A stretch of DNA of 64,000 bases. Source: Camelus ferus (lineage: Eukaryota). The notes under the pieces are model-generated. The model searched no databases. It was not told the DNA's origin and saw nothing but the letters and a program-made list of their open reading frames with translations. A program made the position numbers and the translations under genes. This document shows positions 13,861 to 26,575 of the stretch, piece by piece (positions within the stretch are counted from its first letter, which is position 1; each line of letters opens with the position of its first letter). The stretch is taken from positions 37,450,001-37,514,000 of the forward strand of contig NC_045697.1 in NCBI RefSeq assembly GCF_009834535.1, written 5' to 3'.

Positions 13861-14789
13861 TAGTTTCAAGTTTTCTTAAGTATTTTTTATGATTTTTATA
13901 ATGCAAGTCCTACCTTTGAGATAGCACGCATTTTTAGCAGTCGGATGAAGAGTACTTCAGCAAAATTCTGATAGCGGAATTCCTAATTCTAATTGTGTAA
14001 TTATGGGGCATGTGAAGGGAACAGAAATAGCCTTAATTTTCATTAGAGCCTGAGAATAGCAATGAACTCGATTTTGTTCAAGTGAAACAAATGTGGACCT
14101 GAAGGTCACAGCAGGAGAATTTTATTTTGAGATTGACATGCTAGGTGAAAAAGACTAAAATCTAAGGTAATGCTCAGAATTAGGTGTATAGAATGTTGGA
14201 TCTTATAAACAAGAGAGCTTATTAAGTATGTTCATAAGTAATAATTGGCCTATGGGAACATAGTGATTTTACTTCAAAGTGCTTTATTTCATTGCCAATT
14301 TTCATGTTCTCATCAGAACAGCCCCTTGGCTTTAGGATGCAGTATCTTCACCTTTTAAGAGCTGGAGAAACTAAAAGCACAGTGTATTTTAGCAATGTTT
14401 GTCTGAGATGACACAGGTCAGTAGAGGCTGCAACCAGAGCCTATGATTTCTAGAACAATATCCTGTTAGTATGGAAGCCAGTAGTCCTGAACACATATTC
14501 TTCTCCATCTATTTTCCCAGACCCACATCTTACTGTCCAGAGTTATTCCTGGAGGTAGCTGTCTGTGTGCCTTGTGTTAATGTAGTGTTTTCTCTTCCAT
14601 CACTATGGCATCTCTGTGGGTGGGCTGTCCTAGACTTGGTTTTGTGGCAATGGTGCTGCATTTACTTCTAGCATGCATTTCTAACAACTCTCTGAAGGCT
14701 AGGAGTGTTAAGATCACCAAGTCCTTTCCATCTTGGTGCACAATTAGAAGTAAGGATGAACGATGGTTCCTTACCCAGGCCTTTGAATA

Positions 14790-15030
14790 AAAGGTGGTGT
14801 GTTCTGGACCCAGTCTTCCTGAGTTCAAATCTGGTTCTATTATTTAGTGGCTGCGTAATATTTGAAAAGAATTACCCCAACACCTCTGAACTTTGGTTTT
14901 TCTCCTTTTGGTCATAATCCTGTCCCCTGCCTCATAAAGTTGTTGTGAGGATTAAATGAGTTAATATGCGTAAAGTGCTTAGAACAGTACCTGGCACATT
15001 GTAGCTAATACTTATGTGGCACTTAATATT
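14790..15030 (+). mobile_element. MIR SINE
   Basis: CCTGAGTTCAAATCTGGTTCT...TGTTGTGAGGATTAAATGAGTTAATATGCGTAAAGTGCTTAGAACAGTACCTGGCACA matches the MIR core and 3' end. Confidence 0.85.
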
Positions 15031-15100
15031 CTGGCTCTTCTTGATAAAGGTCTTATTTGGAAAGCGAGTAATCATGGCAGTGGATATGCTGCAGCTTCCT

Positions 15101-15266
15101 TTTTTTTTTAACTTATCTAAAGTTCTTTTTCTTTTTTCTTTTTTTTTTTTGGTGGTGGGCGAGGTAATTAGATCTATTTATTTATTACTGGAGGCACTGG
15201 GAGTTGAACCCAGGACCTCCTTCCATGCTAAGCACGTGCTCTACCACTGATCTATACCCTTCCCCC
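15101..15266 (-). mobile_element. tRNA-derived SINE, camelid Vic-1-like
   Basis: Minus strand reads GGGGAAGGGTATAGATCAGTGGTAGAGCACGTGCTTAGCATG...GTCCTGGGTTCAACTCCCAG (Pol III A/B boxes) plus A-rich tail; TSD TGCTGCAGCTTC(C/T)T at 15087-15100 and 15267-15280. Confidence 0.88.
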
Positions 15267-15537
15267 TGCTGCAGCTTCTTAATAGCTCATTATTGGCTAG
15301 GGACCTTAGTTGGAATGAACAGGGTTAGGTTAGGTCCCACCAGGCTTCAGACTGTGGACTCCAGCTAAGCCTGTGGAACTAGCCAATCACAGGTATCACT
15401 CCCCACCAAGCTACTGGGTACGGGAGAAGTTCAAAGCAAGGAAACTCACACTGCATGTTACTGTGCCCAATTTTATGTCACAGTCATTTGAGACCTTCTC
15501 ATTATGTCGGTTCCTCTGAAAGTTCTTCCATTTCACA

Positions 15538-16002
15538 CAGGTTCTTAGTCATTTTTGTGCTGTGGCTCCTTTCATAGTCTGGTGACCCTGTGCGTCCCTT
15601 GCTAGAATGCTGTTTTAAATGCGTAAAATAAAGTACATAGGATTACGGAAACAGCAATTAGATTGAAATGCAGTTATCAAACTATTAAAAAGTACCTCTG
15701 TGCTATTCATTACACGTGCTTCTTTGTTACACAGAATAACATGTTCTAGCTGTGGGTCCAACAACTCCTATAATTTCAAAGTGATGCATGGAAAACTGTA
15801 ATACTGTTGAAGATATCCATGTTACTATTGGTGACAAAGGTCGCAGGCTGAGACCACGGTGCTTTATTATGTTCATCCTGTCATTTAAGGAAATGTTCAA
15901 CTTCATTCAGAAGTTAGTAAAAACAAGAATGTAACGTTTCCCCTTCCAAGTTCACAGGCCCCTGAATTCAAGACACCTTTAGATCTCAGGTTAAGGGCCC
16001 CT
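15538..16002. mobile_element. hAT-Charlie DNA transposon, MER119-like
   Basis: Starts CAGGTTCTTAGTCATTTTTGTGCTGTGG...AAATGCGTAAAATAAAGTACATAGGATTAC and ends CAGGTTAAGGGCCCCT; degenerate terminal inverted repeats. Confidence 0.6.
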
Positions 16003-17366
16003 ATAATAGCTTTAGCACAAAATCTGGGGGGGGAATACGGGAAAGCTTTTTTTTTCCCTGCTGACTAAAATAACTTTAAGACTAGGAAAAAAATTGTCTT
16101 CCTGGTTTTCAATCCTAAATGGATTAAGAGAAGGATGGATTTAGCTTTTAATGGTAAATTAAGATCCGGGAATCCAGAAATGTCTCTAAGAGGAATTGTC
16201 ATGGAAAGTTTGGCTCGATTTTAGCAGGATGAGTTCAGGATGTGAAGATCAGCTGCTGAATTTAAACCTCGAATCTGCCACTCACCACTTTGGAATCGTA
16301 ATCAGCATAAGCCACTACTCTGTACTGAGTATAATGCAGGGCAGTTTTTCAGATCCGAGTGAGTCAGCAGTACTGGGATAAACACTGGAACCACATTATC
16401 TCATTTAACCCACAAGACAAGTCGTGGAATTTGAAGTAGTGTTTTTCTTTACAGAAGAATATTTCGAGGCTTACTTATAGACACATAAGTGACTTTCCCA
16501 TTAATAAGGGATATTAATAAGGGATAATTTTGGTTGCATATTACAGGAAACCCCAAAGAAAAGAGGTACGGGAGTCACCGACCAGGGCTGAAATAGAGGT
16601 TTCATCAAGTACTCAGGGAACAGATCCCTTTACCTCTCTGTTTTTTACTATCCCTGGTGAATCCCTCATCTTCATGGTCCAAGATGGCTAGGAGATAGCC
16701 AGCCAGCCATTCCAGAAGGCAGGATGGAGGAAGAGTCAAGAGGGGAAGGCCACAGAGCACATGCCAGCTTCATTTTAAGGAGGTTTTCTAAAGCTACCAT
16801 ACCACACTTATACCTCAGTGGCCAAAACGGAGCCACAGGGCTGCACCCAGCTGCAAAGGAGGTGGGCAAGGGAGTCCCTACTGTGGGGTCTGCTGCCCAG
16901 AACTGAAATGCTTTTGAAATCTCCTAGGTGTGGAAATATATTTTCGAACCTGAAAATGCAGCTATCCAAATTTCAATGGAAGTATAATTCATGTAAAATA
17001 TATTTTAGTTAGTATTTTGTAAAACGCACTTTGTGTGTCAACCTTGGTTTCTCAGATCTGTTATTACAGTGTTTACAAGGGAGGGGAGGCCTTCCCTCAC
17101 CTCCCTTTTGACAGAGATGAGAAGTCCTTTTTTAAGGAAAAAAAAATTGAGAAATTGTATTGATTTAGAAAAGGGGACAGGAACCATGGGAAGTCATGTT
17201 TCTATTAAGGGGAAAAGGGGAAACATACTCAGGGTAAGTAAACAAACCTCTGTGTTACTTGAGGCCAGTGGCAGAGCCCGGATTAGAACCCACGTATCTG
17301 TCTCTGACATCTGTGCTCCTCATCACCACACTGTACAGACTCCACCTTGGACATGGGGATAGAATC

Positions 17367-17553
17367 CAGTTGACCCTGGAATAAACGCAGGGGTTGATCT
17401 GGGTATAATTCTTAGCCAGCCCTCCATACCCGTGGTTTCTCCGCATCTGTGGATTCAACCGACCACAGGCCGTATAGTACGGTAGTTTTGACTATTGAAA
17501 AATACCCATGTGTAAGTGGACCCACACAGTTCAAACCCTCGTTGTTCAAGTTG
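17367..17553. mobile_element. Tigger2-family MITE (MER8-like)
   Basis: Left TIR CAGTTGACCCTGGAATAAACGC; right end GTGGACCCACACAGTTCAAACCCTCGTTGTTCAAG; same termini as the element at 52667-53654. Confidence 0.75.
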
Positions 17554-17623
17554 TACTCGTGATCCACCTATTTCAGAGGTAGGTGGGGTCGTCTGAGGTC
17601 TTATGGGTCGAAGGCCTTTGTGA

Positions 17624-18081
<458 letters not shown>

Positions 18082-18421
18082 TAAGGGCCCTTCAGACAAT
18101 GTTTCCCCCTTTTATTTTCCTTTTTAAAGACAGAAACCCAGATGTTGAGGGTTTTCACTAGCATGGTTTGAAATGTCACTTTGTTCCTTTTTATGACACC
18201 CTGGTCGGTTGTCATTTCTGTCGCTTATTTTAGTCATTCTTGTCACCTAATGTACAGAAAGTTCTGGCAGCATGGCATGCACCCAGGGTTTTATTGTATA
18301 TGCTTGTCAGTCAGTATGTCCAGTTGCGTGGCCCTGGGATAATTTTTGGGATTGCTGCACGGCACACCCCTGAGGACGGGTCAAGGGCACTGAGGAGTGG
18401 TAAATGGCCCTCATTTTTCAG

Positions 18422-18527
18422 GTACGACATAATGAAGACTTGCTGGGACGCCGATCCCCTGAAAAGGCCAACATTCAAGCAGATCGTGCAGCTGATTGAG
18501 AAGCAGATTTCAGAGAGCACCAACCAC
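18422..18527 (+). CDS. KIT: KIT exon 20
   Basis: tttcag|GTACGAC...AACCAC|gtaagt; 106 nt; [35 protein letters not shown]. Confidence 0.99.
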
Positions 18528-19623
18528 GTAAGTAAGCTTTAGCCAGATTCCGAACTTCCCTTCTCTGGGTGCCAGGCGCGGCCTCCTCCTCAGGCTCTGG
18601 GATGAGGACCAAGCTCCCCTCCCTCCTCTCCTTGACTTAGGCTGTAAATTGGGCTCTGGGTAGGAGAGTAAAGCAATGGAAACGAGTTATTTTTTTGCCC
18701 GATCTCCGCATGCTGGGCCAAAGAATGTGAAATGAGGAGGGGAAAGAGTAGAGGGTTTGGCGCTTAGAAGTGTGGAAATAGAAGCTTCCAGAAGGATTTG
18801 CCACATTTCCTCCCGCACCCCAAATGCTGGTCATGGGGTCAGCATGTTCTCTGCTCTCTCATACGGCAGGCCATTCAGGGTTGGGGGTGATGTGAACGAG
18901 AATAAAAGCATAGACAAGACAGCTTGTTACTGCAGAAAAATAAGCCTTCTGCTCAAGAACATGAGAGAGTGGTCCTGCCCGTAGCCCTATAGAGTGAGTG
19001 GCTATTTGAAGTTGGGAGATCCTGCCTGGTAATTTGGGGAGGGGAGGAAATTCAAAGCGCACATCCATTATTTCTTCTGCTTTTAAGGAAGAATGAGTGA
19101 TCTTACCTGGACTCAGGTTTTTTTAAGCTGCTTTTTTTTCCTGGTTTGTGTGTACTTGGAGCTATCTTTTCTGAGAGTTTACCACCAATACTTTTGGGTT
19201 GAGGCTTGCTTTTCTGGGCGTCAAAGCACATTTCAAATTAAACAGCATTTCCCACCCAAGTGCCTGGTTCTCACTGGAAGACCCCTGCAAGGATCACCAG
19301 TTTCTTAACGAATGATGTCAGCCGTTGGATTGTAGTTGGCTGTAGTGGTTTTTCAACCTTTTTTTTGTTTTAAGTTAGATAGTTCTCCTTCCCAGATATG
19401 TCCCAGCAGAAGAGCGCATTTTGGACCATCACTTCTTATGTCATCAGACCTTGGGGAGAATGAGGGATGAAACAAAACTGGTCTTGGGTCAATCTGGTTT
19501 GGTTCTTGGCTGTTGGGTCTCATTAACCTCCTGGCTCTAAGAGTCTTTGCAAGTTAACGAGCCCCTTCGTTGCTGTGTTCATTGTGGTGACTGATGTATT
19601 GACTGTGGACTTGTTTTCCTCAG

Positions 19624-19752
19624 ATTTATTCCAATTTAGCGAACGGCAGCCCCCACCGGGAGAACCCAGTGCTGGACCATTCCGTGCGGATCAATTCCGT
19701 CGGCAGCAGCGCATCTTCCACACAGCCTCTGCTTGTCCACGAAGACGTCTGA
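19624..19752 (+). CDS. KIT: KIT exon 21 coding part (C-terminal tail, stop TGA 19750-19752)
   Basis: cctcag|ATTTATTCC...[51 protein letters not shown]. Confidence 0.99.
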   Translation: MYSNLANGSPHRENPVLDHSVRINSVGSSASSTQPLLVHEDV

Positions 19753-21877
19753 GGCCGAATGAGCATCTGGGGGGCTCCCCAGCAAGAACAACCCCCTGTT
19801 CTTTTGGTTTTCATGATGGTTATTTTGTTTTCCTTTGACTCGCCTCCTTCTCCAGGGTAGTGGACATCCCGCTGTAATCCTTTCTTTACAAGCACACTTG
19901 AGTGGCCGATGTTTGTCCCCACCTACTGTCAAGCTGCATCTATTCCCAATAGCAAGCTAGCCCACCCCCGTTAACCAAAAAAAACCAGACTTGGAGAAGG
20001 GGAGGGTGGACCGTGCTGGACACACCCGGAGTCCTTTCCAAGGCTTTTCTCCGATTTCTGTTTGAAAAGTGTAGTTGGCAGTTTATTTGAATACATGGCA
20101 GTCGTCACCTTCGGTCCTGATAATCATCCACAATGAGGTGATGCAGCAGCAGGATTAGAAGCTGAAACCCTAACCCCGTGATGTGGAAAATAGAATGTTA
20201 TTCAAATAAAGGGCAGAAGCCTATGAATATCAGGGCTCAAGAAATCTAGTAGTTCATGCTGGGAATGAGACGCCGTGGAAAAGTGCTCTCCAAGCATGAA
20301 TACAGCCTGCCGGGCATGAGCCTTTGTCCTCCCGACCTGGTTTCTAAATAGACTTTGCTGTTAGGGAGCTGAACTGGAGAGACGGCCTCCTCCCCAGCCC
20401 CCATTTTGTATATACTCATCTGTCAGTCATACGTGTTCACATACTGGAGGGAGGAACCCCCAAGGTGTAGTTTCTGGCTCAAGTTTGCTGCGTGTAGGCA
20501 TAGATAGAGCCAGACAAGTTTGAAATCAACAGTTAGTGCTTTGCTTTTTTTTTTTTTAAAGGAAAAAACATAATTGCCAAGCACAATCTTAACAAAAATC
20601 TCCTTTTGTCACCGATGAACTTGCTCGATACAGATAGTCCAGAACAAACTGACCCGCTTCAGAATGGCATTGTGTTCAATAGATTTGATGCCATTTGAAA
20701 AAAAAAAAAAGTGACTGATTTACTGCATGGCTCCAGCAGGAGTGACAAAACACTGCTGTCTTAGTTTGGATTCTTCTGTAGCAGGAAATAAAATTTAGAT
20801 TCCACCTCCATTGCAGGCATGTCCTGGATGCCGGGCCAGTATCTATATAAGTGTGTATGTGCACGCGCGTGTGTATGCTTGTAGACAAATACTTTGGGAG
20901 TATGCTTGCCTTGAGCCCAAGAGGGCCCTTCAGTACCCAGGAAGCAGCCTGGCTTTCATCCGCAGCGCAGCTCCTGTTTCTCTTCACCTGGCTGTCTAGA
21001 GAAGCTTACCAGCAGTTACACAGAGGCGAATAGGAAGCGGAGTGCGTAAGTACCTATTTATTTGCAACCCACCTGCACTTAAGGCACTCTGTTATTTATA
21101 CTCAACATACTGTACCTGTTCCATAGACATTATTAATGCTACTCTTCCCACCGAAACATATTTAAATTTTACCCTTTAGGCTGTAGCCTGGATACTATTC
21201 CTAGAGTTTACCTTTTTTTTTTTTTTTCCTCGCCCGGTTATAAGAGGTCCATGGGTACATGGCAAGGTTTGTGTGTTGTCTTGCGAGATTCAGGTAGGCT
21301 ACCCCCCCAGTTTTCCCCTCCTAGTTCCCTGAGACTACATTTAGAGAACTGTAGCCATTTATCTGGAAGTAACCATTTGCACTGGAGTTCTATGCTCTCG
21401 CACCTTTCCAAAGGTAACAGGTTTTGTTGTCATGTAAGAGCTTGTCGCTGTTTGCCATACTTTGTCTGAAAGTTTCCTTTGCATTTCTATTGACTTTGAT
21501 TCTAGTAAGGAAAGTGGTTGTTCATTGTAGACGTCTAGGTACTTCAGGGGCACTTCACTGAGTTTTGTCTTGGATATTCTCGAAAGTTTATATTTTTATA
21601 ATTTTTTTTTTACATCAGATGTTTCTTTGCAGTGGCTTAATGTTTGAAATTATTTTGTGGCTTTGTTTTGTAAATATTGAAATGTAGCAATAATGTCTTT
21701 TGAATATTCCCAAGCCCATGAGTCCTTGAAAATATTTTTTATATATACAGTAACGTGTAAATACGTAAGCGGTGCAAGTTTAAAGAGTGTTGATGTTTCC
21801 ATGTTTTTTTTCCTGATATGTTGTCCAATTGTTGACAGTTCTGAAGATTCTAATAAAAGTGTAAATATATAAATCAA
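19753..21877 (+). other. KIT: KIT 3'UTR (~2.1 kb)
   Basis: Follows the stop codon, lacks obvious repeats, has a U-rich distal block and a terminal AATAAA; the end coordinate is estimated. Confidence 0.85.
21852..21857 (+). terminator. Distal polyadenylation signal of KIT
   Basis: AATAAA in ATTCTAATAAAAGTGTAAATATATAAATCAA with downstream U-rich ATTATTTTTGATTCTTT. Confidence 0.85.
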
Positions 21878-23442
21878 GTGGAATTATTTTGATTCTTTCA
21901 AGCATAGTGAAATTAAACTTTAAAGTGTCACCAGTGCATTCACCCTGATATTAGAATGTTTTGTACCTAGTGTGCATAAGATACACACAAGGCTGTCAGA
22001 TCACTAGGATTTATATACTTGAAGATTCAGCAGACATTTATTAAGAATTTGTATGCGCTGTATTTTCTCATTTTATTTTTACAACCCAAGGTCTCCATTT
22101 AAATTGAAAAATAAATAGAGAAAGCATTTTGAGGATACTACACCTTGCTACAATGATTATTAGGTTGATTCATGTGGAATGACCGTTGTGATGGGCGAAA
22201 TAATGGTCAAATAGCAGCAATTTCATGTAATTCAGTCTAATATAACTGGCATGCTTCCTCCTAAAAGAGATTGTCTAAAAATTAAACATGAACAGTAAGG
22301 CAATTCACAAGGGTGACATGAGGAATCTCAAGAAAGTAGTTTGTATTCTTGTTGGCTTGGATTTTGAAGATAGGTTGTTCCCTCCCAAGATGTTCACTCC
22401 ACCCTTCGATCTTCATTCTCACTCACTTCTGGGACAAGATAAAGTTCCGTCACTGCCTTGGAGGGACGTGACTCGTGCCTTTTAGCTCAGTACTGTCTTG
22501 TGGCTGAAGCATCCTTTGTCATCAGGAGGGACTGTCCAGACCAGTGGAACCTGCATGGAGCCTAAGAGTTACTCCAGCTTAAAACAAAGAATCACCCTGA
22601 ACCATGAAATCCTATTAAAAATGAGTTCAGCACACAAAACACCATCCGATTTTATTTTCTTTATTGACATGGCATCTACATGTGCAGAAATAACTCTTGA
22701 AAGGAGAGGGAAGAGGGGTGAGGGCTGACCTGTAATAAAGAAGAATCCTTTTAAAATCAGGAGGGAACTGTGTGGCCAAGGACGCATCAATAATCAATAA
22801 AAAGCAGACCCACACTTCAGTCAAGCGTTTTCCATTATTTTATTACAGATGGGAATGAATGCTAATTGACCACCACACAAAGAAGTCCTTTCTTGATGAA
22901 TGTATTCCAGTATCATTTTGACTTCTTCGTGTGTGGGAAATCTCAAGTTAGAAGCCGTCCATGGCCCCTATATTATTAGTCTAGCTATTCCCCTCACTGG
23001 CCCAGCTTTTAATCAGCAAGTAGGTGCTTGGTGTCCAGGCTCCGACTGGGTTCAGAGGTGCCAACCTTGTCTCTACCCCTTACTGCTCTGTGACGTTGGG
23101 CAGATTAGCTCTTGAAATCTCATTTTCCATAACAGTGGTATCTGCCTCGATGTACTAATCTGAAGCTGTCAGACCACCTGGTCCATATACCTACTACTTA
23201 AATAATGATCAAAAATGGTAACTTTGGTCACGGCTGTTAGGCTTACTGGGAAGAAAGAAGATACTCCTGTACCAGCAGAACCCAGCTGTTACCCCGTATA
23301 GAACTCAACTGGCAGGAATGTGTTTCTAGTTGTCCTCTTTCTCTTAAATGCAAACAATATTGTACTGGTTTGCTGTGAAACTTTGCTATAGAGATTTCTG
23401 TGTTTTATTAAAATTCCAACTTTTTAGCCATGAATTCAAGGA

Positions 23443-23534
23443 TTTTTTTTTTTTAATGGAGGTACTGGGGATTGAACCCAGGACCTCACACATGCTAAGC
23501 ACATGCTCTACCACTGAGCGATTCCCACTCCACC
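23443..23534 (-). mobile_element. tRNA-derived SINE, Vic-1-like (short form)
   Basis: Minus strand reads GCTCAGTGGTAGAGCATGTGCTTAGCATGTGTGAGGTCCTGGGTTCAATCCCCAGTACCTCCATTAAAAAAA. Confidence 0.88.
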
Positions 23535-24805
23535 CAAGGCTATTCTTGCTACAGATTTCCTTCCATGATTCTGTCACATCATAAACATGCCCCACTTTTC
23601 TTATTCTTCCATCCATTCTGACGTCGTATTGTCGCTTCTTTCCAAGCCAGCCCCCACCTTCAAGACCAGGGAAATAATTTCAGTTGGAAGATGCCTCTTG
23701 AGTTCCCATGACATTTGGTACCTGTGCCTCCTGTTGGTCTTATAATCTATTCTGCCTTGTACTGTAATTACTTCAATTCTTGTCTTAGCTCCTCCCTACC
23801 CCCACCCCCATATTCAATCTTCAATTAACATAAAATACCTATATGGGCTAGGTTCACTGGTTACCACTCACTTGTTAAAATATTTAATTGTCTAGACATT
23901 CAGAAGTTAACTTGCTCAAGAAGTTGCAAGAGGTTAAGACTTGCCCAAGTTCACTTAGCCATGTTCGTGGAGTCGAGATTTGAATTTTGATCTGAGTTTC
24001 TGCACCTCAGTGGTGGCAAGTGCCTGGTCTTCCCACGCTCCATCTCCCCTCCATGTCTGTGCAGACATCGCTCATCTACCACAGCAGTCTACCATGGAGA
24101 CAAGGTGCCTTAGAAATCTAAGGCACAGCCTTTTCCAGGAAGCCCATACAAGTCAGTTGGAGTTAGCCTAAGGAGAGACTTACCTGTAACCCTTAGATGA
24201 TCACCATGTTTCAGGTTTCTTGAGGCACAGGTGTTCTCTCTAAGATGCGCCTGAGGTTTCTAGCATAGTGTTTCATGAGTGATTAATTAATATTTTTTGA
24301 ATGAATAATTAAACATTCCATCAGCATGAGCAAGGGAGGAAATGGGTCCAGGAAAGACAGGAAACATACAATGTTACCGAGAATGGGACCTTGGAAGTCA
24401 GCCTCATGTCACACTAGGGGGTGAGGCTTTGTGGGGAACAGAGAAGGGGAACTAGGAAAGTGCCTTTGGGCAGCCTTACCGAGGCCTGCACAGCTGCTTT
24501 GTGGGAACCAGGAGACAAGAAGTAAAGAGGGCTTGGGTGGCTGCGGAGGGTGGGGAGAAAGGGAAAGTGGCAGAAGTTCTCTTCCTTATTCAGAAATGAG
24601 GAGAGCCGAGGAAGCTACCAAGATGGCCCTGGGCTGGAGGTACAGAAACAAGACAGGAGACCTGCACCCCAGGCTTAGCCTTGGGACGGTCCTGCAGAGC
24701 CAGCATGTCCAAGGAGAAACATCTCCCGGTAGGGGTCTTGGGACCACCTTGGCTATCAGGAAGTACCAGCTGGACAGGCTTCGAGTGAATATTTGTGAAG
24801 GAAAG

Positions 24806-25239
24806 TGTATGAGTCTGCTGGAGCTGCTGTAACACAGTACCACAAACTGGGGGGCTGAAACAACTGTTACCTATTGCCTCACAACTCTGGAGGCTGTAAG
24901 TCCAAGATCAAGGCATTGGCAGAAGTCCTTCTGAGGGCTGTCAGAGAGCATCGGTCCCTCGCCTCTCTCTTAACTTCTAGGGGTTTGCTGGTGATCCTCG
25001 GCATCCCCTGGCTTGTAGATCTCGGCCCTCCTCCCATGGTGTTCTCCCTCTGTGTGTCTGTGTCCAAATTCCTTTTTATAAGGACGGATTAAGGGCCCAC
25101 TCCACTCCAGTGTGACCTCATCTTAACTAATTACATCTGCAATGGACTCATTTCCAAACAAGGTCAATTCTGAGGTACCGGATGTTACCGTTACGACTTC
25201 AGCATATGAACTTGGTAGGACACAACTCAATCCATGACA
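24806..25239 (-). mobile_element. MaLR solo LTR (MLT1-type)
   Basis: TG...CA termini; GCTGCTGTAACACAGTACCACAAACTGG, CTGGAGGCTGTAAGTCCAAGATCAAGG, GACCTCATCTTAACTAATTACATCTGCAATG. Confidence 0.85.
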
Positions 25240-25649
25240 GAAGAGTCTCAGGTGAACTGTTCCTCATTAGAGTCCTGAAATTGGCCCTCTAAAAACTAAA
25301 AGTGATCTCCAAAGTGCTTACTTCAGAGCACTCTTTTCAATTATTGTATTAGTTAGAACAGTGTCTAGAACACTGCCTGGTCTGTAGCCAACACTCAGTA
25401 CTTGCTGAATGATGCTTTCTGCTCCTCCTTGGATCTTGCCTCCTGGCCTGCCCTCCCTGGTCCTCCTCTTGTTTTTCTCTATCACCCTTCCAAAGGTCAC
25501 AATTGCACAGGGTCTGGTCCTTAATGTCTTCTTCCTGTCTGACATGCTCCCACCAAACACTGGTCTATCTCATCTCATCCCCAGGATGTGGCTGTCACCT
25601 ACAAGCAGATTTCCAACTCTGTCTCTGACATTTCTAGCCTTGGCTAGAC

Positions 25650-25775
25650 TAGGGTTGCCAGATAAAACATCCAGTTAAATGTCCCATGCAACACTGGGGA
25701 CATAGATACTAAAAATGTATTTATTGTTTATCTGAAATTCAGACTTAACTGGTGTCCTATATTTTAATAACCCTT
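25650..25775. mobile_element. hAT MITE, MER53-like
   Basis: TAGGGTTGCCAGATAAAA...TATCTGAAATTCAGACTTAACTGGTGTCCTATATTTTAATAACCCT with inverted termini. Confidence 0.6.
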
Positions 25776-25844
25776 GTGTAGACTTGGGGAATATTCAAGG
25801 TCCAGTATGTGGATGAAATGTAGTTTCACTGTTTGTAAAAAACA

Positions 25845-26575
25845 GAGCAGGAACTTTATTTTAGTGAAGGTCTGTAGGTGGCAAATCTTCTTAGTTTTTG
25901 CTGTCTAAATTACCTCAAAAATATTTTCATTGGATATAAAACTCAAGGATAGCAATTATATTTTTCAGCATGCTTATTTCCACTCTCTTCTGGTCTCCAT
26001 TGTTGCTATTGGGAAGTCAGATCAATCTATTCTTTTGAAGATAGTTATCTGTCTTTTTTTTTTTTTCTTTATTCTTCTAACATTCTCTTTGTCTTTGGTT
26101 TCATTGTGATATGTCTAAGCTTGAATTTCTTTCTATTTATCTGATTGGGGATTCTCTGGACTCTTTGAATCTATGGATTGGTGTTTTTCATCGATACCGG
26201 GAAATTCTCAGCCCTTTTTAAATTGCCTCTGCCCATCCTGTTTCTCTTCTCCGTCTGGGATTCCAATTCATTGCATCTCAGAACCTCTCACTCTGTCCTC
26301 CATGTCTCTTAATCTGGCTTTCATATGTTCCTTCTTTTTGTCTTTCTGGGCTGCCTGCAAGGTAGTTTCTATTCTTCCTGTTATCTGAATCCCCCTTCAG
26401 CTCCTGCCCACAGAGAATATTTTTAGCACCTTTATTGAGGTATAATTAACATACCATAACACTCACTCATTGTAAGTGTATAATTCAGTGATTTTATTAA
26501 AATTTTAGAGTTATGCAACCATCCCCACGGTTTTAGAACATGATCCCCCAAATTTCTCTCATGTTTGTTTGCAGC
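25845..26575 (-). mobile_element. Old L1 (L1M-type) fragments
   Basis: T-rich degenerate L1 antisense sequence; 26420-26575 is an L1 3' end (TTTATTGAGGTATAATTAACATACCATAAC...GTGTATAATTCAGTG). Confidence 0.6.
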
